Positions 1 to 10,100 of a stretch of 30,000 bases of DNA are shown here, in pieces. The DNA lies in the IMG/VR virus record IMGVR_UViG_3300034684_000247, positions 1 to 30,000 of that record; one strand, given 5' to 3'. The first letter of the stretch is position 1; every line of letters starts with the position of its first letter. The DNA is from a virus. Its lineage: Duplodnaviria; Caudoviricetes. Both the position numbers and the translations under genes were made by a program. The notes beneath the pieces are model-generated. The model was not told the origin of the DNA and made no database searches. It was given only the letters and a program-made list of their open reading frames with translations.

Positions 1-107
1 GTTGAGGTTGAACCCCATGCGTCGTATGCACTGTATGCAGTCTTCTTCACAGTATTTTCGGAGTTCAGTTTTGAAGCGGTAATCAATTCCCCTGTTGCCC
101 ATGCCAT
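1..107 (-). CDS. 5' part of a probable tail-associated protein (MAWATGELITASKLNSENTVKKTAYSAYDAWGSTS...), truncated by the window edge
   Basis: ATG at 107 overlaps the TGA of the upstream gene (TGATG). The frame is open to position 1. The 'W..G..ITA.KLN' start resembles N-termini of phage tail fibre proteins. Not in the ORF track. Confidence 0.7.
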   Translation of the reverse strand, partial: MAWATGELITASKLNSENTVKKTAYSAYDAWGSTS

Positions 108-2074
108 CAGTTAGCCACCGCTCCATATACCTTGTTTGACGTACCTTGTGTATTTATCTGTTTTGCAGATAAAACCCCAGCTGAGGCAGAAACATATTCA
201 GTTCCTCCTGAATTTTGAATTGATAATCCTTTCATCCCACCTTGAGTAAATGCCCAATAACTTCCAGAGGTGTGACCTGTATATGAGCCGAAAACGAATG
301 TGATATCATATCCACTTATTGTATATTTCTTATTTATAGGTATTGTAATTTCGGCACCGTATGAACTTCCATTATTGACTGATACATCAAATGTATCTTT
401 GGGGATTGGAAAAGAACGAATAGCTCTAGCATAAGGCCATGTTATTTGTGTGCTAGTTGATGTCTTGCCCGTCGAAGTTGCTCCCCAATAAATACTATAA
501 GTTCTTGCATTAGTGGGGTATTCACTAATTTCACTAGAAGACCAATAACTATCATGCACGCCAGTACCAAATCCATACGCTGGGCCTAATGTAGTTATAG
601 CTAGTCTTAATTCTTCAGAACTAGGCAAATACCAATCACTATATCCACCATAAGATAAATTATTACAAAATGAAGCAGCAGGAGCCGAACTACCAAAAGC
701 AGAAATGATTGCTGCTGTATTACTCTTTCCTGTCCCAACACCAGTTGGAAGCCCTTTATAAGGAGATGTAGGCCCCCATTTCAGCCGAGAAGACTGTGTG
801 GACGCTGGAGAACACTCATATACTGTGTCATTTGTAATATGAAAAATCTTCCCACCACCTGGTCCTATATCACCTATAGAGTAGATTGGTGCTAATGTCC
901 TTATTCTAACCCTTGCACTTACTGCAACTGCTCCAGATTTAATTATTGTCAAATCATTCAAACCAGAACCATAAAAAGTCGGCCCTGAAATAATTCCGCT
1001 TTCATCTCGAATACTCACCCGCGCATTTGTTGCCGCATCTTTTCCGGTTCTTAAAGTACCAATTAATTTGGCATTAATTGCTTGTAAAAGCCCATTAGGA
1101 GATAAGTGATATCCTACTCCGTCTTCAGAAGGTACTCCTTCCTTGGTAAACCCTGAGAAAATTGCACCATTAACCAATTCAACATTCTTGGATTTAAATT
1201 CTCCGCTGCTGGATAAATAGAAACCAGCGCCCGATGAAGGAGGATTCCCATCTGATGTATACCTTGAATAAAGAGAACCTCCACTCATTATCTCTATTTG
1301 ATTTGCAAATAGCTTTTTAACGAACGCCTCAAGCGTTGCAATTCTCTCAAATACCGTTCCGATGCCATTTGCCTGTGCCCACACGTTAATATCTTGGATA
1401 TCACCCGACTTCAGAATTTCCATGAAGTGGCGTATCTCAAACTGATCCATTCTTTGTGGAGGAAGTACCTCTATATCAGAAATGATGCCATTATTCTTCA
1501 CGAATGAACCAATCACAAACATCGATGTTGAGTATTCTTCCAGAGTATTGTAGGACACCCATTTCTTGGACTCTCCATTTGCTGTGAGTTTTGCAAAATG
1601 GATTGAGCTTCCGTCAAAGAGGACATACCCTTGACCATCATTGGTAAGGGTCTCTGAATATGCGTTTACTTGATGCCTTGCCCCTTCAGCATATAAATAG
1701 GCAAATGGTGCAGTCAGCGTTCCATCCTCAGCAAATCCCTTGACATGTAGGGTTGTCCCATCAGCATAGATACCCAGTTCTCCCGGGTTGCCTGGAGGTC
1801 CCTGAGGGCCTTGTTCTCCAGTATCCCCTTTTGGGCCAGTATCACCCTTGTCCCCGGTAACCCTGATAGGGGCGTCCCATGCGGTATAGGTCCCATCAGC
1901 GTAGGCAAGCCTTTCACGCTTCCATACATAATATCCTGATTGTGGTGCTGGGACAGAAGATCCCCACCCCGTAGTGGGCGGGGTCGTAGCCGAAGTGGAG
2001 GAGGCGTACTCTGCCTGCGGGAGAGCCCCATCCTGTACGTCTGTTATTGTTATCTGTCCAATACCAATTGCCAT
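107..2074 (-). CDS. Tail fibre / receptor-binding protein with a short collagen-like segment and an internal DUF1566 (Lcl-C, C-type-lectin-like) domain
   Basis: 655-aa ORF with a GAGG RBS. About 9 Gly-X-Y triplets (GDKGDTGPKGDTGEQGPQGPPGNPGE). DUF1566-type motifs YSIGDIGPGGGKIF, GGYSDWYLPSSEEL, YWSSSE and RAIRSF at ~410-883. Lies at the distal end of the tail genes. Confidence 0.8.
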   Translation of the reverse strand: MAIGIGQITITDVQDGALPQAEYASSTSATTPPTTGWGSSVPAPQSGYYVWKRERLAYADGTYTAWDAPIRVTGDKGDTGPKGDTGEQGPQGPPGNPGELGIYADGTTLHVKGFAEDGTLTAPFAYLYAEGARHQVNAYSETLTNDGQGYVLFDGSSIHFAKLTANGESKKWVSYNTLEEYSTSMFVIGSFVKNNGIISDIEVLPPQRMDQFEIRHFMEILKSGDIQDINVWAQANGIGTVFERIATLEAFVKKLFANQIEIMSGGSLYSRYTSDGNPPSSGAGFYLSSSGEFKSKNVELVNGAIFSGFTKEGVPSEDGVGYHLSPNGLLQAINAKLIGTLRTGKDAATNARVSIRDESGIISGPTFYGSGLNDLTIIKSGAVAVSARVRIRTLAPIYSIGDIGPGGGKIFHITNDTVYECSPASTQSSRLKWGPTSPYKGLPTGVGTGKSNTAAIISAFGSSAPAASFCNNLSYGGYSDWYLPSSEELRLAITTLGPAYGFGTGVHDSYWSSSEISEYPTNARTYSIYWGATSTGKTSTSTQITWPYARAIRSFPIPKDTFDVSVNNGSSYGAEITIPINKKYTISGYDITFVFGSYTGHTSGSYWAFTQGGMKGLSIQNSGGTEYVSASAGVLSAKQINTQGTSNKVYGAVAN

Positions 2075-2083
2075 GAACGTCCC

Positions 2084-3079
2084 TCAGCTTACTGTACAAA
2101 TAAATGTTGATCTTGCTTCCACATCGGATGCCCCAACCGATTTGGTTTTCCCCGTACCGTACGGAGAACTGGTACCATCCTTGTCCACCTTCGCCCATGT
2201 GTAGGTATATTCAGTCCCTGCAGCATCTATCTCTTCCCCATTCTGGTAAAGATGAGCAGTTATATCAGTGGAAATGACACCATTCTTGAAGATTTCACCA
2301 TTGGAGGATTTCACCACAACCTGGATTGGGTCGTTGAAATCCATGACGCTTACAGGATCAGAGGTGTGGGTATCAGCTGCCACTGTATCCGAGATGATTA
2401 CCCGGTATTGCTGTATGCTTGCAACATCACTCTGATTCACCGTGAAGTCCACAGATGTAGCAGAGGTTATATCCGTCCATGTTGCCCCCACAAGCTTCTG
2501 CCATTGATACGTAAGGTTCGTGGTGTCCTTGGTGGCACCCCGGTACAGATGGGCCGTCAACTTCGTAGAGGAAGGCACCTTGTTCTTGAATACAAACCCG
2601 GGATCAGCAGAAATCTCAGCAATTGCAATATTGTTCCCGTCGGTAACCTTGTTGAAGGTGACGGAATTCTTGTAGATAAGATCCAATCCGGTAGTTGGAT
2701 CGGTGTAAACAATGGTGCAGATGTATTCCACAGAGAATACGGTTGCACTGAAAGGCTGGCTCGAAACAGTAAGCGCCTTTGGGAAGGATGATGCGACAGT
2801 CTCCCCCGAGCTTAGGTCATTCTCCCCAGTCTGAAGGTTGCTCTTCCTCTTCCATGTAACACTCTTGATGTTTGTCCCTGCCACCATCAAGTCTGTACTG
2901 CTACCAGCTTTGAACAGGCTTGGTGTAAGCACCAAGTTGTTGTCGGTAAAATCAGGTAAATACGTCTGACTGTCACCATTGTAACGAATGGACTTATTGT
3001 GGTTTGATGAGATATACCCTGTAAGGGTAACTGCATCATTGAAATCCATGATTGTTATCTGACCAATTGATACTGCCAT
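2084..3079 (-). CDS. Tail-associated structural protein built of about three Ig-like beta-sandwich repeats
   Basis: 331 aa, Thr/Ser/Val-rich. Repeated pattern LTPSLF..VTWKR..YICTI, LTAHLY..YQWQK..YRVII, ITAHLY..YTWAK..FICTV. RBS AAGGAG. Confidence 0.7.
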   Translation of the reverse strand: MAVSIGQITIMDFNDAVTLTGYISSNHNKSIRYNGDSQTYLPDFTDNNLVLTPSLFKAGSSTDLMVAGTNIKSVTWKRKSNLQTGENDLSSGETVASSFPKALTVSSQPFSATVFSVEYICTIVYTDPTTGLDLIYKNSVTFNKVTDGNNIAIAEISADPGFVFKNKVPSSTKLTAHLYRGATKDTTNLTYQWQKLVGATWTDITSATSVDFTVNQSDVASIQQYRVIISDTVAADTHTSDPVSVMDFNDPIQVVVKSSNGEIFKNGVISTDITAHLYQNGEEIDAAGTEYTYTWAKVDKDGTSSPYGTGKTKSVGASDVEARSTFICTVS

Positions 3080-3080
3080 T

Positions 3081-4199
3081 TCAGCTCCTTTCCCTCAGCA
3101 AGTCGCAGAAGAAATTGCTCCTCCCGACTACATCATCTTGGGTAATTGTCAATGTCCTCCCACCTGTAGAGTAGTGGGTTGCATTCCAAAGTTCGTCAGC
3201 ATGGGTATCCTCACTGACCCTCCGCCACCTGAAATCCTCATCTGTGAAATTCGCTGTGATATCCTCACCCCCTTTCCAAACCCGTGCCTCCATGACCGTT
3301 GAAAACGTATCTGTTGTCCTGAATACTGTCCCGTTATGGCTGATGATCTGTAATTGATAGGCATCTTCTCCAGGAGGACCCGGAACTTCCTTCGAGAGCG
3401 TGATGAAACCACTCTTTTCGTAGTACATCGAATCGCTGTAATAGGATTTGAATTTACACATGAAAGATCCATATCCATAGACAAGATCACTGTAGGAAAC
3501 TGTGAGAGTCTTGCCTGTAAGGTCCTTCCCTTCTCCCCATTCAGCATCACCCGTTCGATCCTCCGTTATTCTGCTCCAGGAAAAGTCAGTATCGGCATAC
3601 TCCGCAGTGACATCTTCCCCGTTGTGTAAAAGCATAACGGAGAGAGTGGTGGAAGTGTTATCAAGGGGAACAGATAACCCCAATGTACTTTTGATGCGCA
3701 CCTCGAACCTTTCTCTCCAATCCAAACCATTCAACATGCCTGTCGTATATTGGAAGAAGCGTTCTTCTAAAATCGAGGACGTGTCGTAATAATTGTTGAA
3801 AAGAGCCATCATTTCTTGATGGGAGGCAATTTCTGATGAAGTCCCCAAGTCTTCCAGAAGAGGCTGGAGATATCCACCCAAAGCATTGAATGCAGATATG
3901 TACACTTGGTATTCAGAAGTACCGGTAATCTCTTGTTCCTCTGACTTGGTGACCATCAGAGCATGGTTGCTCATGATTATCCGGTACTCACGGGCAAGAA
4001 TCTGTTTTTCTTGGGGAGTAACATGATTATCTGAAGAAATTTCATCTATCTGTGCCTTGATTGCAGAGGTATCCCTTTTGAGCAGTTGTGCATCCAATCC
4101 CTGGGCGAACTTCGCTACATAGTCTTTCTTGACCCCCTTGAGTTCGATAAGTTCATCTACTATGAGGCTCTTACCTGCATTGTTATACTGGTTGCTCAT
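3081..4199 (-). CDS. Tail-associated protein with an N-terminal helical region and two Ig-like repeats
   Basis: Probable start is ATG 4199 (GGAGGA RBS, ATGA overlap with the upstream stop), not 4211. Internal duplication HNGEDVTAEYADTDFSWSRITEDRTGDAEW / WKGGEDITANFTDEDFRWRRVSEDTHADELW. Confidence 0.7.
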   Translation of the reverse strand: MSNQYNNAGKSLIVDELIELKGVKKDYVAKFAQGLDAQLLKRDTSAIKAQIDEISSDNHVTPQEKQILAREYRIIMSNHALMVTKSEEQEITGTSEYQVYISAFNALGGYLQPLLEDLGTSSEIASHQEMMALFNNYYDTSSILEERFFQYTTGMLNGLDWRERFEVRIKSTLGLSVPLDNTSTTLSVMLLHNGEDVTAEYADTDFSWSRITEDRTGDAEWGEGKDLTGKTLTVSYSDLVYGYGSFMCKFKSYYSDSMYYEKSGFITLSKEVPGPPGEDAYQLQIISHNGTVFRTTDTFSTVMEARVWKGGEDITANFTDEDFRWRRVSEDTHADELWNATHYSTGGRTLTITQDDVVGRSNFFCDLLRERS

Positions 4200-7100
4200 T
4201 GATCCTCCCACAAACGGCCATAGTTGGCACCGAACAATTCAAAGGGGTTTCTTCCTTCGTATGCCTTTATTGCTCTGTTGATGAAGGCTGTCGGCAAACC
4301 TTGGATTGCCCCCACCCCATCCAAAAGGTCCCAAATTCGCTTGTCCATCTTTTCCCAATCAGTCCAATCGGTCCCCAGCGCCCTTCCAAATGCAGACGGG
4401 AGGTCCACAAGATCCCCACCATAGAATCCGCTCAATCCCTGGGAAACCATGCTCCCCACATACGGAAGGGAATAGCTCGCAATCATACTGAACACTTCAT
4501 TTCTCAGCCTCTTCCAGTATTCATCGTCATCTTCCCCATCCCTACGGAAGGCAGCCCCAGATACCAAGATGATCAGCCCACCGGATATTGCCATGTTCAT
4601 CACAATCCCGAACATCTTCCTTATCTGCTGGGGATCCTTGGTCATCTGGTAATTTTTCCAGCTTGTCGGCAAGTCGTACCAAACCATGTTGATGTATTGG
4701 AAGATCTGGTTCGTGAACAGCAATGCTGTCCTCACCCAGGGACTTTTCTTTCTCTGTACCCCGGCTAGATCCGTGGTAATTGATGTCGGCTGTGTCTCAC
4801 TGATCAGTTGGGTAGCCCTGAATGCGGCTTCCTTTCTCAGCGCTTGCTCAGCCATGTTCTCCGGGTTCCTCCTGATATATGTGTCATAGGCGGCAAGCCA
4901 GAGGGTATATACCGCCGCATGGTCCATCATCTGGATTCCTTTCATACCGATTTTTTCGTTGAATTCCTGTACCTTCGAGGAGAAAGCCCCATCGAAATCC
5001 GTTGCCTGGTACTTCTCCACCTCGACGGAGATTGCACGCTTCTTCATATACGGACTCATCTCATGGATAAATTCAATCGCCTGCTTATTTGTCCTAGGAT
5101 TTGTCAGCCTGAGAGCTGCCTGTGCCAATTCAATTGCCCCGATATCACCACGGATTGCAGCGGAAAAAGAGGGCAACTGCTTCAGCATTGTAAGGAAATT
5201 AAGCGAAAGTGCAGCAACAGCTGCATTGCTGACAATCTTGCTCCCCAGTTTCTCGATATCGTCCATGATAGATTGCGGGGACCCTACATCCTTGATATAT
5301 TCAAGCACCTGGTCATAGTATCGTTTCCCAAAGCGCATCCTGATATTCTGGCCCACTGTCCCACGGACCATCAGGTAATTCATGTCCCGGACCCAATCAG
5401 CCCACTGGATGAAGTGTTCCTGCCGTTTGATCTGGCTGGTGTAGGTGTGTGTCACGTTCAGTTTCAGGGGATAGATGGCATGTACATTCACCGGTTTGGT
5501 CATGCCCTTGTCCACCCAACGGAGGGATTCACGCATCGCCCCATTGATGATGTCCATGTTGCCCTCATCCTCTACCCCGTCGGCAATAAACGTAAAGTAT
5601 CTTTCCCTCCTGCCAAGGTTCTGGTTGTACACCTCATAATAGACATCGCGCATGCGTTCCCAAGTCTCATCCCCCCCAAGACTGTCAATCATGTAGTCCC
5701 CCCACTTCTTCTCCTTCTCGGTGAGGGTGTCAATTGCCTCATTGATCTGATCCAGTGAAATACCGTTGCCCCGGTTATGGATGAGCTTCTGAAGACCAAT
5801 CGGGTTCTGGGAATACACATACAACCCAATCACTTCCCCCTTGGTGAGCGTTTTCTTCTGACCGGAATACATCGTGTAAGTGTAGGCATCCTTCGCAAGA
5901 GCCCTGTTATCGATACCAAGTTCCTTCATCACCTTGTCGGCTTCTTCTATTCTCCGTAGTGATTCCCTGAGCTCTTCTGTCTGCTTCTCATACGCCTGCC
6001 TCACCAACAGATCATATAAATACCCTTCCTTGTTCCCATCGAGCATACGCGCAATCCTCTGCATCTTCCCGATGGAGGATTTGATTGTATTGAAGATGGC
6101 TGCAAAGGTGCTCTCTTGGTACTGTTCCCGCTTGGTGGTGAGATCATCGAGGATATCCCCTACAACAGATCCATATCCCGGGTTAATCTCAGGATTCTCT
6201 CCATAACTCTGGCGATAAATCTGCACAGCAATGTTCTGCAACCTGTTCTGTCGCTCAAGGATTCTCCTTTCCAGCATGACCCGTGCGTCAAGTCTCATCA
6301 GGTGGGCCCCATCCAAGAGAGCCCCCAGATCCTCCAAGGACCATTCCCCAATCGGCTTGCCGTACATGATCATCTTCATCATGTCTGATCCAAAATACTG
6401 CCCCATTTGTTCAGGCAGATTCACCGGATACATTTTCTCCCCGAACAAGCGCTGGATTGCAGAGAACATCGGTTCATATGAGGCATCCAGAGTCTCCGGC
6501 TTGAAGACAATTTTCTCCTTGATGCGTTTTTGCAACCTCTCTATCTCGTCACGCAACTTCCTCGAAGCCTCGCGCTTCTCGAGTGTCTCAACTCTGGAAG
6601 TAAGGACTCTTGTTCTCTCATTGGCTTTCGTAAGTTGCGACCTAAGATCTTTTACTCTTTCCCTACGCTCCTCGAGGGCCTTCTTGAGTTGGGTGGTATC
6701 CCCGTTTTTCCTTGCTTTTTCTTCGAGTTCCTTGAGTGATTCCCCTTGTTCCTCTAGGGCGTGTTTAGTATCAGCCAATTCTTTCCGGGCTTGGGAGAGT
6801 TCCTCCTTCACAATCCTGATGTCACGTTTTGCTTGGGTCCCCAACTCCTTCAGTTCCTTGTTTGCCTGTCTTTCAAGAGCCAGTACCCCGTTATGAGTGG
6901 CAAGACGTTCCCTGGCATTGTACTGATCCCGCTTATCGGTAGTTGTCCTGAGATGGGCTGCTACCTCGCGATCACTCATATCGTCATAGTTCATCGGGCT
7001 GTCCAGCGCTTCTTGGATATCTTCCCCCAGGGAATCATAGTAGGCTTCCCTGTCTGCATGACCGCTCGGCAATTCTCCCCTATACGCCTTCACACGATCC

Positions 7101-10100
7101 TCAGCCTGCTCGATATACTGGAGAGCCCTTCTGTATGGCCTGGGATCTTGCTGGACCAATGCTCGTGCCCTTTGGATTTCTTCTGCAGTGGAGTCAGTAT
7201 CCAATTGCTTGACAAAGGTAGAAACTCCCCTGAAGGATCCCCAGCGATGAACAACCCTATCCAGTTTCGGATCAACATCAAGATACCCTTTGAGAGTTCT
7301 CCCCAGCGCAATGAGAGCCTTGTCGGTCCCTGTATGCAGCCGGACAAATTGTGCATCCTTTTCCTTAGGGGTCATGATTCGTGAGTATGCATGAACCCTT
7401 CGATAGAAGGACTCATCCACTGCTGGCCAAGGGCCTACCTCACCTCTCATGTATTCCAGGTACTCGTCGAGGTCGACAAATTCCTTTGCCATTGAAAGCA
7501 GTTGGGGGAACTCCTTCAGCCTTTCCCTGAACTGCAGTTCCCTATCCGCCCACTCCTGTCCAGCATATTCTTCCAGAATCTTGTCAGGGATCCAGTAATA
7601 GGCCTGTACCGCCTTCTTTACTTCATCCGCCCTTCTACGCAGAACCTCTTGTTTCGCTTCTTCAGAGAGCTGATATAAGGTGGGGGAACTTTCAAATACA
7701 TAATTGTCAAACTCATGATTTCTATGACGTCTTCTGTATTCCCTTTGTTGCCAAGAGAAAATTGACGTACTGTAAATTTCGGCTGACTGGAGAGCAGAGA
7801 CAAATTCATTGTCTTTGACAAGAATCACATCCCTGACGAATACTCCTTCATTCTGGTACCGTTCTTCACCATCAGCGATGGCCTTTTCATAGAGTGTTTC
7901 ATCCGATGTCACAACAAACACATATACATAACCCTCTCGTTTTATGGTTGCAAACACATCGTCAAAATCCACTGTATCTTCGATTGGCTGTACATCCAGA
8001 ACCTCGTTCTGGGTGTTGACATATAACAGAATCCCCTTCCTATCTTTCATAATCGAAAGAGCATATTGCCCGACTGCCTCATGAGAATATGAAATGCCAA
8101 GGGATGTCCTTGGTTGCATCGGAACCTTATGGAAACCTTCACCAGATAGGAATGTGTAGAGCTCAGTGCTCATATCCGACTTGATCATGCTAAATTTATT
8201 ATGGTCCAGAATGATATGCCCCTTGAATCCAGGGATGTTTTCACTATAGTTCCGTGAAACCCCAAAATCCTCCTTGGAAGGTTTGACATTCCCAGAGGGG
8301 TGGTTGTGCAGGAGGAAGAACCCATCCGCCCGTCTATCAATCATCATTTCAAGTATGTCTTTGGGAAAGCGTGAGGTAACTCCTATCGTCATACCTGGGA
8401 GCCCGGAGGTAAGAGCATGATGCTCAAGGATTTCTACTGCCCCTTCTCCGATATCCTTGGTGATGATGACGTGGAAATATTCAACTTTCGGGTTCCGATA
8501 TATTGAAAAGAGTTTTGCCAAATCAGTGGATGACCTGACTTTCGTCCCCTTGAAATCTATTTTCCTGAATCGTCTCCAATCCCCATCGATAATTGGTGAG
8601 GATTCTGTGCCGTCATACCCCCATTGCGTCGGATCCCCTCTCAAAGGCCCCCAACCAGGTAATTCCTTGCTGGCAGCTTTCCCCAGTCCAAACAATGACT
8701 GATCTGGGAATTGACTATCATACTTCTGGTCTACGCCTGACTCCGGTTTGAGGTCCATGAGTTCTTCGTCTATGACATTGATTATTCTCTGTAGGTTGTC
8801 CTCGTCGTAGTTCTCACTATCATCATGCCTGATGATTTCCAATTCACCCCGGACCTCCACATCAATTCCCTTCAGCATGGAATCCATGTCGATCTCATGA
8901 GTGAATTCGTGCTCTTCCTCGAACCCTTCGCTCCCCAAGTAATATGCAGAAGAACCAATATTTGCATCATCAAATACGATGATGGTATTCTCATCGGTAA
9001 ACCTATCATTGATGAGGATCACCCCATCATGTCCATCTTGCCTTGCCTGGGCAATCATGCCGATCCACTCATCACTCACCGTGGGATCTGTCAAATCAAT
9101 CTCGACAGGGTTCTCGAGATTTACATATGCCCCTATGATGGTCGGGTCCCAGCTCTGCGCTCCCCTGTCTATGAGATCCTCAATATCCTCAAGGCTGGAA
9201 TCAACCCAATTGATTTGTCTAACCACTGGATCGTCAGCATTCGGAGACAATCCCCGATCATGCAACTCCTGGTACAGCTCCTCTCTCAGTTGTTTCAGGA
9301 TCAGAGCCCGAGGAGGCATTGCACTTACGGCATATGATTTTGCAGTGTCTTTGCTGGTTGAGAAAAAATGTCCTTGCAATGCATCCAAAGCATCAGTGTT
9401 TCTTCCCAACAATCTCGAGGAATAATCCGTAAACAACGAAGCAGACCCGTGATATACCATCAACGGGTTGCCATTTGCGTCCTTTATCTTGGTGTTCTTG
9501 AATTTCTCATCGAAGGCGACGGACCCTACCGGGGGCGCCTTCTGGAACAGTGATGTCCTTAGTCTTTCTTCGGTTCTTCTGAGTTGTTCTCCTGAGTATC
9601 TTTCGAGGAGCTCTTCGTATAATTTCCCCCGATCAACCACCCACGAGAATAAATCGGATCGTCGGCTGATATTTCCTTTATCAAGGATCCCTTCCCTTTC
9701 GGAACCTTCACTCCTTCCTTCAGACGCATCATATCCGTATTCTCCCTCAACCCATATTTTACCGGATTCAGTTATCCCTAAATCATCAGCATAATCTTCT
9801 ATGAATTCCCCAAGTACATCAAGGAAATCCTCATTGTATATTCTTGGTACATGGGAAACATCATCCGTATGTGGATTCACTATTATTATCTCATCGGGGG
9901 CTGATTGTGTAAACCCTACATCCTCAAAGATATTTCCCAACAATGTTGCAATCCTAGTGACTTTCTCACGACTCAAATCTGCATTGAAGGCAATTTTCAC
10001 CGCTCGTGCATACTTTCCCCCAACTATGGCAATATCCTCTTCCTGCAATTTGCCCTTTTTGATGTCTTTCTCATTTTTCTTGAGATATTCACTCCTATAT

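Noticed and set aside
107-900. Calling a diversity-generating retroelement
   Set aside because: No reverse transcriptase, avd-like gene or template repeat is in the window, and the lectin-like domain is not C-terminal.
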